NCBI RefSeq assembly: GCF_009914755.1
Contig: NC_060938.1
Source: the human T2T-CHM13v2.0 reference genome, Homo sapiens
Length of the DNA stretch: 64,000 nt
Reading direction: 5' to 3' (one strand)
Numbering within the stretch: the first letter of the stretch is position 1; every line of letters begins with the position of its first letter. The notes below the pieces were generated by a model, which was given only the letters and a program-made list of their open reading frames with translations, did not search any database and was not told the DNA's origin. This document shows, in pieces, positions 1-13,040 of this stretch. Position numbers and translations under genes: made by a program.

Positions 1-205
1 ATAATTAAATAGGAATTTGTAATGATCTGGACATAAGGATAAAGTACTAAGACACAGGAAACAACTACTATGACATTGTACTACAGAGATCTTTGAAAAC
101 TGAGTTTATGTTGCTACAAGCTACATAGAAAAGATATTGTAATGCACAGGGCATAAGATAAAACAATTAAGGGGAGATCTTTTTAGTAAGACAGCTAAAT
201 TTTCC

Positions 206-262
206 ATATATATATATATATTTTTCCAAATATATATATATTTCCAAATATATGTATATATT
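206..262. repeat. (TA)n low-complexity repeat with duplicated 'ttccaaatatat'
   Basis: Seen directly. Confidence 0.85.
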
Positions 263-299
263 TACACTAAACAAAGTTTATAAGCAAGCCTGGAAAGAA

Positions 300-1250
300 T
301 CCTGTGGACTCATAGTAACACAACAGAATGCACAAACAGAATTCAGCACTATTTAAAGGACTTTCAATAAAATCTCAGAACCAAAATACAAGATTCGCAG
401 AGTTTAACTAGTCATTAAAAACATTTGGAAATATGGCTTACATCTTAGAGAAATTCTGTCAGTAGAAAAACATACGAATTAAATGATGATGGAATCTGTA
501 AAACGAAGTTTAAGCAATTATTGTCAATAGGCTAAACATGTTTAAGGAATTGGAAGAAAATGTGACTACAATGAGGAGAAAAAAAGAATAATATAAAAAT
601 GAAACACATAGTGCTCCAATGTCCTTACTGATTTTCTGTTTCTTTATTCCAGTTATAATTGGTAGCACTGAAGTGTGCTTTTTAATTATAATTGTAGGTA
701 TGTCTATTTCTCTTTGCAGTTCTGCAGTTCTGTCAGCTTTGCTTCATAGATGGATGGATGGATAAATAGATGGATAGATATGTCATTGAGAGAAAATAAA
801 GAGATGATAAATAGATAGATAATTTAGCTAGATAGATAGATATTCTCTGTTATTCAGTGCATACCACATTATAATTAGGGAATCACTCTATTTCTAATGA
901 AATTCTTTACTTTGAAATTAGTTATTCTTACATTTACATAGCTACTTTATTTTCTTTGAGTGATGTTAACAAGTTATATTCTCCCAACTTTTTATTTGTA
1001 AACAATTTATTCTTTATATTAAAATTTGTATAAGTAGCATATAGTTGCCAGTTGCTTTTTTACCAAATCTGAAAAAAACTGCCTTTTAATTGAGTTGTTT
1101 AGGCTATTTACATTTAATATTACTATTGTTATGGTTGTGCATGTATCTACAATCTTGATATTTGTTTTCTATTTGTCCTGACATTTTATTTCTTGTTTCT
1201 TTCCTTCTACTGTATTTTGCATTGAGATAAAAATAATCTCCAAGTAAGTT
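300..1250. mobile_element. Old, degraded L1M fragments (ORF1-region piece on +, ORF2 endonuclease-region piece on - from ~615)
   Basis: 'gtccttactgattttctgtt...ttataattgtaggtatgtctatttctc' resembles antisense L1 ORF2 EN sequence; interrupted by GGAT/AGAT repeats at ~748-843. Confidence 0.5.
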
Positions 1251-1837
1251 ACTAGAAATAATAAGAGAGTTTAGCTGGTTATAAGGATATATATTCATTA
1301 TTTAAAAATTTGATGTCCTATAGTACCAGCCACTAATATAAAGTATACTAACTACTGTAATGAATTAAAGACATAATATGTTATTAGTATTATAGTACAA
1401 TTAATATAATTAGTATAATAAAATATTACTATAATATATTGTTAGGCTTATACTACAGCATGTAACCTTATACATCAAAGTCTAATTGAGAATGAGTAAG
1501 ATTTCTAGGTTCAAAAAATATATATATAGAAATACACACATGCATATATATAATTTATATCCATGAAATTTTAAAAGATGTATATAGATGAAAAATTATT
1601 ACATATTAACAATAATATGGAAAATTAGATTAGTATGATAAATAAGGACATGTTGGAACAAGCATTCTACTTAAAAAAAGATACATGTGACAAAAACATA
1701 AAAATAATGGTAAATAAGGAAGGGCAAATAATCATCACAATACAATGCTGTTATATAACTACTAGAATGGCCAAAGTTAAAATGATAGACAATATGAGTA
1801 CTAGAATCTTTTACTTATTCAGTATTTTTATCATACG

Positions 1838-3995
1838 TTGTATGATTGGGTGTTTTCCCACCCACCCAAATCTCATCTTCAATTCCCACATGTTGTGGGA
1901 GGGACCCAGTGGGAGGTAATTTAATCATGGGGGCAGGTCTTTCCTGTGCTGTATTCATGATACTGAATAAGTCTCATGAGATCTGATGGTATTATAAGGG
2001 AGAGTTTCCCTGCACAAGCTCTCTTTTTTTGCCTGCTGCTATCCATGTAAGATGTGACTTGCTCCCCCTTGCCTCTGCCATTATTGTAAGACCTCCTTAG
2101 CCACGTGGAACTGTAAGTCCAATAAACCTCTTTCTTTTGTATATCACCCAGTCTCAGGTAAGTCTTAATCAGTAGCATGGAAAAGGACTAATACAGCAAA
2201 TTGGTACCAAGAGTGCGGTGCTGTTGAAAAGATACACAAAAATGTGGAAGCGACTTTGGAACTGGGTAACAGGCAGAGGTTGGAACAGTTTGGAGAGCTC
2301 AGAAGAAGACAGGGAAATGTGGGAAAGTTTGGAACTTCCTAAAGACTTGTGGAATGGCTTTACTCAAAATGTTTATAGCAATATAGACAATAAAGTCAAG
2401 GCTGAGGTGTTCTCAGATGGAAATGAGGAACTTTTTTGGAAACTGGAGGAAAGGTGATTCTTGTTATGTTTTAGCAAAGTGACGGGCAGCATTTTGCCCC
2501 TGTCCTAGAGATTTGTGGAACTTTGAACTTGAGAGTGATGACTTAGGGTATTTTGCAGAAGAAGTTACTAAGCCGCAAAGAATTCAAGAGGTAAATTGGG
2601 TGCTGTCAAAAACATTCTTTTTTAAAAGGGAAACAGAGCATAAAAGTTTGAAAAACTTGCAGCTTGACAATGTGATAGAAAATAAAATTCAATTTTCTGA
2701 GGAGAAATGCAGGCCAGCTGCAGAAATTTGCATAAATTATAAGGAGCTGAATGTCAATCCCCAAGTTGATGGGAAAAATATCTCCAGAGCATGTCAGAAG
2801 ACTTCATGGCAATTCATTCCTTCACAGGCCTGGAGGCCTAGGAGGAAGAATTGGTTTCATGGGCTGGGCCTAGAGTCCCAGTGCTTTGTGCAGCCTAGGG
2901 ACTTGGTGCCTTGTGTCCCAGCCACTCCAGCCGTGGCTGAAAAGGCTTAAATAGAACTAGGGCTGTTGCTTCAGACAGTGCAAGCCTCAAGGCTTGGCAG
3001 CTTCCATGTGGTGTTGAATCTGCAAGTGCACAGAAATCAAGAATTGAGGTTTGGGGACCTCTGCATAGATTTCAGATGGAAGTGCCTGGATGCCCAGGAG
3101 GAAATTTGCTGTAGGGGCGGGGTCCTCATGGAAAACCTCTGCTAGGGTATTGAGGAAGGGAAATATGGGGTCAGAGACCCCACACAGCGTCCCTACTGGG
3201 GCACCACCTGATAGAGCTGTGAGAAGAGGGCCACTATCCTCTAGACCCCAAAATGGTAGATCTGTTGACAGCTTGCACAATGCACCAGGAAAAGCCAGAG
3301 AAACTCAATGCCAGCCCATGAAAATAGCCATGAGGGAGGCTGTACCCTGTGAAGCCATGGGGGTAGAGCTGCCCAAGACCATGGAAATCCACCCCTCCAT
3401 CAGTGTGACCTGGATGTGAGATATGGAGCCAAAGGAGATCATTTTGGAACTTTAAGATTTAACTGCCCTGCTGGATTTTGGACTTTCATGGGGCCTGTAC
3501 CCCTTTTATTTTGGACATTTTTTCCCATTTGGAAAGCCTGTATTTACCCATGCCTGTACCCCCTTGTATCTAGGAAGTAACTAAATTGCTTTTGAATTTA
3601 CAGGTTTATAGGTAAAAGGGACTTGCCTTGTCTCAGATGAGACATTGGACTATGGACTTTTGAGTTAATACTGGAAAGAGGTGAGAGTTTGGGGAATCAA
3701 TGGGAAGACATGATTGGTTTTAAAATGTGAGGACAAGAGATTTGGGAGGGGCCGGGGTGGCATGATGTGGTTTGGCTGTGTCCCCATCCAAATCTCATCT
3801 TGAATTCCCTGCACAATCTCTCTTTTTTTGCCTGCTGCCATCCATGTAAGATGTGACTTGCTTCTCCTTGCCTTCTGCCATGATTATGAGGCCTCCCCAT
3901 CCATGTGGAACTGTAAATTCAATAAACTGCTTTCTTTTGTAAATTGCCCAGTCTCGGGTATGTCATTATTAGGAGCGTAAAAACAGAGGAATACA
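1838..3995 (+). mobile_element. THE1C provirus (ERVL-MaLR): 5' LTR ~1838-2195, internal 2196-3762, internally deleted 3' LTR 3763-3995
   Basis: Both LTRs contain 'ccaaatctcatctt..aattccc' and 'gcctgctgc.atccatgtaagatgtgacttgc' and end in 'aataca'; internal region starts 'gcaaattggtacc'; imperfect 5-bp TSD ATACG/ATACT; ORFs 2218-3419 are decayed MaLR-internal frames. Confidence 0.93.
1917..2163 (+). promoter_or_regulatory. Putative LTR promoter / first-exon module in the THE1C 5' LTR
   Basis: TAATTTAATCA (DUX4-type motif) 1917-1927, TATAA 1993-1997, CACGTG 2102-2107, AATAAA 2121-2126, CAG|GTAAGT 2155-2163; activity is not shown by the sequence. Confidence 0.4.
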
Positions 3996-4002
3996 ATACT
4001 AT

Positions 4003-4084
4003 AGCCAAGATCATGTCACTGCACTCCAGCCTGGGTGACACAGCAAGACTCTGTCTCAAAAAAAAAAACAAAAAACAAAAAAAC
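4003..4084 (+). mobile_element. 5'-truncated Alu 3' fragment with A-rich tail
   Basis: 'agccaagatcatgtcactgcactccagcctgggtgacacagcaagactctgtctcaaaa'. Confidence 0.92.
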
Positions 4085-4269
4085 ACATAATTGGCCATTC
4101 ATACATGTTCAAGTTAGCAAGCTGTGGATGCTACCTTCAAAATTACAAATAAAATTTGCACCAGTAATATAGTTCATATTTAGGAGTGACTGCCACAACT
4201 GAAAATTTACCAAGAAATATTGATAACTAATGTTTCAGGTGAAAGGGTCATATGTTTTAATCACCAGCT

Positions 4270-4690
4270 ACTTATTTATTAATTTACAATTTATTTAACA
4301 AATACCCACTGTATTTTATGCAATGTTTTACTACTAAGAAGTCATCAGTGAATTAAACTGATAAATCACCGCAATTGTACTGAGCTTCCAGTTTAGTTAG
4401 ACAAGAAAAAAAACAAAAAATAAATTAAAAAGGGAAAGGATAGGATGTGTCACATAGCGTTAAGTGCTGGAACAGAAGTAAAGCAAGAATAGGTAAAGGA
4501 TTACATTTACCCTTGTAATCTTTAATAAGGGTTTGTCATCTTGAATAGGGGGAATGTAATCTTGAAAGAAGTTATGTAATATTGAATAAAGATTTATAGA
4601 AAGACTCACTGAGAGGGTGAAATTTGGAAGATACCCACAAGAGGGACTAATCAAGGCAGATATCTTAAGTACTAGACAGAATTCCATACT
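4270..4690 (-). mobile_element. L2 3' fragment
   Basis: 'atttatttaacaaatacccactg...tgagcttccagtttag' resembles the antisense L2 3' end. Confidence 0.5.
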
Positions 4691-5589
4691 GTTGAAAATT
4701 TTAAATGATAAAGAACATGGCTAACAACTTATAAAGTTTGTGATTATTTCAAAACAGAAGTATAGAAATTGAATATTTTAACATTGATGTATTTTAATTT
4801 GTCTATATAGTGTTTTCATTTTGTAGATTGAGAATAGTCTCTCTCAGCTACCATCTCATCCTACAAGTGTAGACTGTAAATTATTTTAGTTTATTTGCCT
4901 ATATTTATTTTAGTGAATTGTAATAGGGACTATTTATAAAAAATTATTCTGAGAGAAACTGGAGCAAAATCCCATGTGAGATGTCTAAATTTTCTCATTA
5001 GTAAGTTCAAGTAGATGGTGAAAATGGCTAACTGTTCCATTAAACTGCTATAACCTAAGGCAAGCTGTTCTTAGAAAACCATCGAATGGGACTTAACCAT
5101 CGAAATACAGGTCAAGACCACTTAGTCGTATTTTATTGGATGCACATGAATACATCTCTTTCAGAATTAAGATTAACTTCCGTTACTGCTGAGCCAAGTG
5201 GTCTATAAAATTGTATGGTATTTCATTTATAATCCCAGAAGCAATAACCTGATGAACACATTAATTATATTTGCTATATAAGTATTATAAAATATTGTAT
5301 GGTGTTTACTAATTGGCTTTATTATAAATTTTTCAGGATTTAGTCTACAAATATTATATATTAAGATTTATCATAAACTTTTTTATGATAAAACATTCCT
5401 CAGAATATTTGAGTCCCAGCTTTACTTTACGTATTATAATAATTTTTTTTAATTAATATGAGATAAGTGTGAAAATAACTGACTATGGTCTGACTTTAGA
5501 AATGAAATTATTGTACTTACTTTTGTTTTTTCTTTGAGTGAAAAGTATGATCATCTGCTAAAAAATTCAGAAGTTATGAGTGTAGCAGG

Positions 5590-7140
5590 AAGTCTCCCTT
5601 CCTAGTCACCACCTACTCAGTTTCCCTATGTAGAGGCTATTGAAGGTCTTCAGTTTCCAGAAATATCCCATAGTTGTACTAAGATGTATGCATATATTAC
5701 ATTTTTATTTTCTTATAAAATAGATAGCAAGTTCTGCATGCTATTGTTTATGTTTACACTTTATATCATCTCTTAGAAATCATCCCCGTCAAGACAGACA
5801 GAACTTGTGATTTTCAATTGCAAATTACTCCAATGGATGAATGAATTGTAACTTAATAATCTAGTTTTCATTGTTGTATTCAGGTTGTTTCAGTGTTTTG
5901 CTACTACAAAGCAGTACTGCAATAAATATCTTTGGAAATAAGCAAGCTTGTACACATAAAAGTACATCTGTTGGTAAAATTCTCAGGAATCAATTTGGTA
6001 GATCAATATATGAATGAGAATACATTTATAATTGTGGAGATACATTGTTAATTTCCCTCCCTTGAGAATTTTACCCACTTACTATTACACCAGTAATATA
6101 TGAAAATGCCTATGTTCTCAGTGTTTGCCTATGGAGGTATTTACAAATTATTTGAAATTATATTCCTATTTGAAAGATAAAAATTTGTATCTCAATATGT
6201 TATAATTTTCCATTCAGGTGAGAATTAGTATATTTCCACTTTCTGAGAGACATTTTACAGCCTACTTTATGTTATATTCTTAGAGTTTTTAAATTACTGC
6301 TTTACAGAAACTTTTATGTATTAAATAAATTACTCTTTTATCGTTCTGCGAGATGGAGCATTTTTTTCATTCATTAAAATCACTTTTTTTGGCCAGGCAG
6401 ATTGCTATAATGCTTGGCTGATAAAAGCTATTTATGTTTAATTTTATTATTTTTGCATTTTGTAATGTTTTAAAAGCAATAAACAATACCTCGTGTTATA
6501 CTGGCACATTTGGAGTCTCATTTTATCCACTTAAATCTTAAACACATTAAATTCATTTTGTGTAAGGTTGGAGATGTGAATCTAACTTAATTTGTTTAAA
6601 ATAACTATTCTATTTCAGACTTGATCTATGATATTAACTCAATCTTTCAGTCTATTTTATGTGTTCATACTACAGCATAGCTTTTAAATATATTTTAATA
6701 TTTCAAAAAGGTAGGCTTGCAGCACCTTATTGCTAATAAATATAGAAAAATATTGGCTAATGTACTTTTATTTATTCACCCGGATTTTTAGAATTAGTTT
6801 AATTTTAAAAAGTTGGGGTATATTAAACTTATAATGTACCATCAATTCTATTGATAAATCGATGAGACCATCTTTCTACTCCAGAATTTTTTCCATTATT
6901 TTCCATATTTGGGGGTGGATAATTAGTACTGAAACACTTTTATATGCTAATTTTTGCTTATTTCTGTTACATTTGTTTCTATTTGTTGTTAATAATAAAT
7001 ATGCATTTTCCTACAATGTCTTTCAAGTAGTGGACTTCTGTCACTATAATAAAGCAATTTTTAAATATATTTATCTACTTTTGTTTCCTTTAAATAATAT
7101 ATTTTAGTTGATTTTCTCAGATTTACAAAGAATACAATTT
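5590..7140 (-). mobile_element. Ancient L1ME-type fragments
   Basis: 'caggttgtttcagtgttttgctactacaaag...ttactattacaccagtaatatatgaaaatgcc' typical of degraded antisense L1M 3' region. Confidence 0.55.
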
Positions 7141-7385
7141 TCAAGCAGCAGAATAAATGTCAAGCTTTCTTATGGTATGTAGGAAAAGACATATACATAA
7201 CCAGTAATAAGTTCAATTGTGCGCAAGAACCAACATTCAAATGCTGGAAGTGGAACATCTAGGATAGAACAAGAAGAGGGCCAGAGGTTGCATGAAAGCT
7301 GAACTAACAAGTTTCCCAGACCTCTTTGACTGCAATTTTCAACTATATGAAGAAAAGATATGTGAACATACTCAAAACTAAAAGA

Positions 7386-7644
7386 CCAGGAATTCAAGAC
7401 CAGCCTGGCCAATGTGATGAAATGCTGTCTCTACTAAAAATACAAAATAAATAAATAAATAAATAAATAAAAATAAATAGCCTGTGTGGTGGCGCATGCC
7501 TGTAATCCCAGCTACTCTGGAGGTTAAGGCAGAAGAATAGCCTGAACCCAGGAGGCAGACGTGGAAATGAGCCAGGACCATACAAATGCACTCCAGCCTG
7601 GGTGACAGAGTGAGATGATTCTGTCTCTAAAAAAAAAAAAAAAA
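7386..7644 (+). mobile_element. 5'-truncated AluS with (TAAA)n expansion in the middle A-rich linker
   Basis: 'caggaattcaagaccagcctggccaa...ctactaaaaatacaaaataaataaat...' plus right arm and poly(A). Confidence 0.95.
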
Positions 7645-7994
7645 ATTGCTTTTGTATGCAAAATTTTGCTGTCCTGAAAAAAAGCATTTTAGGATACACT
7701 TGTTTATTCTTGATAATGTCCTTATTTTAAAATGTATATATGTAACATTTATATTAATCAGAACACATAGAATTGGTGTTTTATTAGTGATTACACTTTA
7801 AAACCATCTTCATATAGAATACGAAAAAGCAAAACATGATATTTATAAATTTCTATTTAGCTACAGACAAATGAACATTACTATATAAGCATACTGTTTT
7901 GACTTGCTTTACTAAATTAAATGGAAGCTGACAGAATTTAGTGTTTAAAAACTAATTTGAAATTGAGTTGGAATTATTGGGGAAAGTAAGTATT

Positions 7995-8366
7995 TGATAT
8001 TTGCCAGGCATTTTTGTTGTTAGCAGCTGAAAATTATTCCAACTTTCTAAAAGAAGCTGGAAATTTCAGGCATTCTTTTTCTCTTATATCTAGAGTACAG
8101 GCACCTGCTCTTGACTTCTGTAGGGGTGGGGGGTTATTGTACAACCTCAATGTCCAGGGCTAGTGGCTGTGACAGTATTGCATGTGCCAGATTCTGCAAC
8201 ACAATCCAAAGATGAGTTTACTGACTGTGTTATCCACAAACCTTAAATCTCTGTCTTTCTTGGTAATCCTGTGAACTTTTTGACGTCGTTCAGTAAGTTA
8301 TGTGCTTTTTAATTAGCTGGATTCAGTTCTGATTGCTTTTGTTAAGAAATGTTCAATAACTATACT
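7995..8366 (+). mobile_element. Old ERVL-class LTR remnant (LTR33/LTR41-like)
   Basis: 3' end 'ctgtgaac...aattagctggattcagttctgattgcttttgttaagaa' resembles ERVL LTR termini. Confidence 0.4.
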
Positions 8367-8372
8367 ACAAAT

Positions 8373-8575
8373 CAGATTTTCTTGACTTCGATGCTATTAA
8401 TATGTTGGGATAAACAATTCTTTGTTGGGGGATGGGAGTGGCTATTTGTGCACAGTAGGATTAGTAAGATATTTATTGGTCTTTACCCACTAGATGCTAG
8501 TAGAATATTCCCATTTGTGACAACCAAAACTGTCTCAGGAAACAAAATTGTTCCCACCTAAGTGAGAGCTACTGC
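8373..8575 (-). mobile_element. MER20 (hAT-Charlie)
   Basis: 'aattctttgttgggg...tacccactagatgctagtag...ttgtgacaaccaaaactgtctc' matches antisense MER20. Confidence 0.8.
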
Positions 8576-8797
8576 TATAGATGGATAGGTAGCAGAAAGA
8601 AAAATTCTATGATATATACATTGAGATTCATTGAATAGATCCCTATTTCAACAAATACATATGAAGAGAAAAAAACTTCAGATTCCCATGAATGACGGTA
8701 AAAGTAATTGAAGATGGCTTGCAAAATTTAATATAAAATATGTATCCTATTGAAAAAACGAGAGAAACACATTTATCTCTTAGAGTAAAACCAAATC

Positions 8798-8907
8798 TGA
8801 ATTTCTCCAGTGAGTAGTTTAAGTACCAAATTACTGTTTTGGGAATGCCTAGTGAATTTCTCCAGTGAGTAGTTTAAGTACCAAATTACTGTTTTGGGGA
8901 ATGTCTA
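8798..8907. repeat. Two-copy 55-bp tandem duplication
   Basis: TGAATTTCTCCAGTGAGTAGTTTAAGTACCAAATTACTGTTTTGGG at 8798 and 8853. Confidence 0.97.
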
Positions 8908-9527
8908 AAGATTGAATATAACAATATTGCAAAGAAAATTAAATTAATTTATTGTTCTTCTTGTTTCAGAATTCTGTGCCTTTTGGGTGTGGTGTGATCT
9001 CTTTTCCCAATATAATTTCCAAAGTCTCAGTGTTCACCTGAGAAACATATTTACTATGTCAGTAACGATAAAATCCTCTTCAGAAATATACCTATCTTAA
9101 AAGAGCTCATAAAAACAAACACACACATTTAAATAAATATTGATGGTATAATGTTTTCCATTTTAAAAATAATCCTTATATTTTGATTAGATCCTTGTTT
9201 TGTGTTTTCTTGTGTGTGCATAGGCATTTAACACATTTTGAAAAGCTCACAAGCAACAAAATTAAAAAACCCTGAATCTATTAAGTTTATAAGATATCTT
9301 TTCAAATGTGTATGTGATATTTATATATAACAGCCTTCATTAAAAAGACTTTTCTACTGAAAACATTTGGTTTAGTTTGAGGATAAAAGAGTACAATTAA
9401 TCACAGGAAGCAATCTCTATTAAAAAACTAAAAAAAGTACAATTAAATTATGAGGGTAATTAGATACTTTAATAAATTGAGAGACGATTACCTGTAGGAT
9501 CTCAGGCTTTCTATATCCCTACTTGTG

Positions 9528-9535
9528 TATCTATC

Positions 9536-9580
<45 letters not shown>

Positions 9581-9596
9581 ATCTATCATCTATCTA
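9528..9596. repeat. (TCTA)n tetranucleotide STR
   Basis: About 11 uninterrupted TCTA units plus imperfect flanking units. Confidence 0.97.
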
Positions 9597-10094
9597 AAAA
9601 CATACATGCATGCACACACAGAGACACCTACAGAGTAACTTGGATGGCTCTTTGGTTTACTCTCAAAGTGAAGTTTTAACACCCAGGTATAGAAGGAAAA
9701 CTAACTCTGATTTACTGATTTAAAACTGAAAGGTTATATGGTAGATAAGAAGGGTGAACACACAAATGTATTGATAGCTTTATTTAAAAGGTTAATTCAT
9801 CATATTTTTGTCTGTGTAGGGTAGGAATGTGAAATCATGACATTTTATAGAAAATACCTGACAAAAGATTTATGAATTACTTTTTGGCAAGGTAGTAATT
9901 TGGCTAACTTACTGTCACTTGAAGCTTTGGTCATGGGTCTTGCAGTTAAAAATTACTTATTTAAAATCTGTCCACTTAGAAATTAGAAGACCTCAGTGAA
10001 GTATTCATAACAAGCAAATTTACATGAGACTGATTTTAAAAAAGTAAATTGAATTAAAATATTAGGATATATGTTTCTGTGTCTATTACATGAA

Positions 10095-10497
10095 AACTTC
10101 CCATCCATTCACCATTCCACCCAGCCCCAGCAGCCACTGTTCAATTTGCTGTCTCTATGAATTTGACTACTGTAAGAACCTCATGTGAAAGGAGTCATAT
10201 AATACTTGTCTTTTTTCTACTGACTTATATTTTATTTAGGTTAATATCTTTAAGGTTCATTCATGTTGTAGCATATGTCAAAATGTCCTTCCTTTTGAAG
10301 GCTGAATAATATTCCATTGCATGTATATACCACATTTTGTCCATCTATTCATCTGTTAATGGACATTTGGGTTGTGTCTTCTTTCTGGCTATTGTAAATG
10401 TTGCTGCTATGAACATGGGTGTACAAATACCTGTTCAAGTTTCTACTTTCTGTGCTTTGGGGTATATACCTGGAAGGGAAGCTGGTGGATCATACAG
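10095..10497 (-). mobile_element. L1MB-type 3' end
   Basis: 'gtctctatgaatttgactact...cttccttttgaaggctgaataatattccattg...gctgctatgaacatgggtgtacaaatac'. Confidence 0.85.
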
Positions 10498-12214
10498 AGA
10501 CACACTCCTGATTTATCATTTTTATAAAGTTTTTTTTTTTTTTTGCCAAGTAAAAAGAGCAAATTCAGTCTCTTCCTTTTACTATAGTTTACCAATTTTC
10601 TAAAGAATACTCTTGAAGTGCCTTGTTGAATATGAGTGAATGTGTAATCCCTTGATTACTTATTTCACTAGGTAGTTATTTAGCTGGTTAGTTAGTAATG
10701 CAAAGTACACTTTCAAAAGAATTTGATAAAGGTGTCCATTCATGTCTTGATTTACCGTGAATACATTTAATTAGATAATTCTCTTAATTCAATATATTTT
10801 AAAGTAGTTTTGGGAGTAAAAATAACATTTACTGTAGCTAACTCTTTCACTGATGCTAAAAAGCTACAACTTTACTTATCTAATTTGCTATTATGGAAGG
10901 GCTCATAAATGGATAATCCCGAACACATTGCAATAAAGGAATGGTGCTGGAAAGGAATAACTAAGCATGGCCTGGCAGAAACTGGCAATCACTTTGAAAA
11001 TTATTTTTTTAAGGTTACTTTCATATAGGTTACTTTTTGGAAATTTTAAAAAGAGGAGTATACGTAAAATAGAGAGTATAAGTTAAAAAAATTAAAAAGA
11101 AGGGAATTAGTAAAAATCTACAACATGGATATAAATTTTTAGAAAAACTATGAGGCTAAAACATCTTTGATCATTATTAATCATTCAAAAAAGTACAAAG
11201 GGCACAAATGATAATTATAAAGTGATTTAAATGTTCTATAGTAATCTTTGTTATATTTAATTAAACCTCTGAAGATATCTTTTAATATAAATACATGTGT
11301 AAAATAGTACCTTATTATGAGGAGATTTCCCATCAGAATGCTATTTTCAAAATTAAATATAATACCATGTCTAATTTCATTTAAAAATAAGGAAGAAAAA
11401 CAGAAATAAAATGAAAAAATGAAATTCAAATAAATGTATACTGAGGATAAAATTAGTTTCCTAGAAGTACGATTTACATTTAAATAGAATTGACTCTCAG
11501 CTATTTAGGAGAAGGCCATTAGTATTCTTACACTTTATCATATTTTCTCTGTCTCTCAGCCTCAATTGTTGTTAGTCTAAACTTTAAAATGTCTACTTTC
11601 TGGCATTAAAATTTCTATTCTATGACTAAAATTTTTATATATGTTTAGATTTATCCTATATCTGTAATAAGTCAATGAATTTATTCTTTTTTCCTTTTTA
11701 AGTTTTCCTAAATTCAACTGTAATTGTCTAAATATGTTAAATTCATTTTTCAAAATTGGTTTAAAACACAGTACAGATATACAGCTAAGTATGTGTGGCA
11801 ATTTAATATGGTAAAGGAGTCATTTTAATTCAACTTAGAAAATATATTTAACTATTTGGACAATATGGCAGACATTTTCAAAAGAATAAAATTATTCTTT
11901 TCAACATATACCAAGATAAAATTCATGGAAAAATTTGATGTAATAAATGAATCTAAAACAGATTAATAATTGGAATTTTACCTTGAACTAGAAAAGACTT
12001 TTCCATAAATGAGCCAAAAATCAGATACTATTGCATAGTGAATATAAAATACTTTCACATAGGGAGAAAATGCCATTTGTAAAGTGAAAAGATAAATGAC
12101 TGAATTTAAGTAAATATTGGTATTAATAACTTATGTAACAACAGGATGCATGCTGAGATTATGAGATAATAAAACCTCTTTAGAAAGATAAACACAGTAT
12201 GTATATTCACTAGC

Positions 12215-12480
12215 CCTATTCACAAATATATAGTTCACCTCTTTTGGAGAATTAAATTGATAGAATTGCACTTCTTTGCCCACTTGGATTTGATAGGATT
12301 ATGTGGTTTGTTTGGACAATAAAATGTAGACAGAAGTTATGTGTATCCCTTTTGAGCTGAAACTTCTAGACTCACTACATCCTCATCATTCTAATTCAGT
12401 AGTCTTGGAAGTACAGGTGAAAATTGAACCATGATCAGCCCGGATCTCTGACGGACTATGATCAGCACAATTTCCAGCCA
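12215..12480 (+). mobile_element. MLT1J/I-like MaLR LTR remnant
   Basis: 'ttgcacttctttgcccactt...atgtggtttgtttggacaataaaatgtagacagaag'. Confidence 0.55.
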
Positions 12481-12904
12481 ATTCTTATAACTCTTAAGAG
12501 GGCAATAATCTTGAGACACAGATATTTAGCGCCTCTTCCACATCCAATGTTTTCTACCATGAAATCATGTCTTTGTAAAATGATGTGAAAAACATTATAA
12601 TACATTTTATATAAGTAGATTTTAAAACTGTGATGAATTTCTAGCACCAGTATGAAGACAGAATTAGAATGCTATTGATAATTTGAAATAAAAAAAGAAG
12701 GCATGCTTGAATACTGAGATGTAATGCATTTTCTAAACAAAGCACACAGTTAATTAGTATTCATGATTTCATTTGTGTTTCTCTGAACTCTGATAAATAA
12801 TTAAAGGAAACTGCATTAATTTCATTCATAATATTTGTCACAATCCATCCCAGATATTATTTCACATTTTATTGATTTTTAAGAAATTAATCATTGAGGA
12901 AGAT

Positions 12905-13040
12905 ATTTTTATTTTCTCTTAAGGACAAGGAAACTGAAGTTTAGGGAAGTCAGGTGATGTTCTCGGTGTACCAATTACATGCTGGTAAAAAGAGATTTTA
13001 AATTCAGGTTGCTTGGCTTCATGAAGTACAGTGCTCTTTT
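12905..13040 (-). mobile_element. MIR fragment
   Basis: 'aggaaactgaagtttagggaagtcaggtga' antisense MIR core. Confidence 0.6.

Noticed and set aside
8798-8907. Direct repeats as a CRISPR-like array
   Set aside because: Only two abutting units, no spacers, and a mammalian context
10690-10750. Possible CR1/L3 RT remnant ('ttcaaaagaatttgataaagg')
   Set aside because: Too short and degenerate to support without an HMM search
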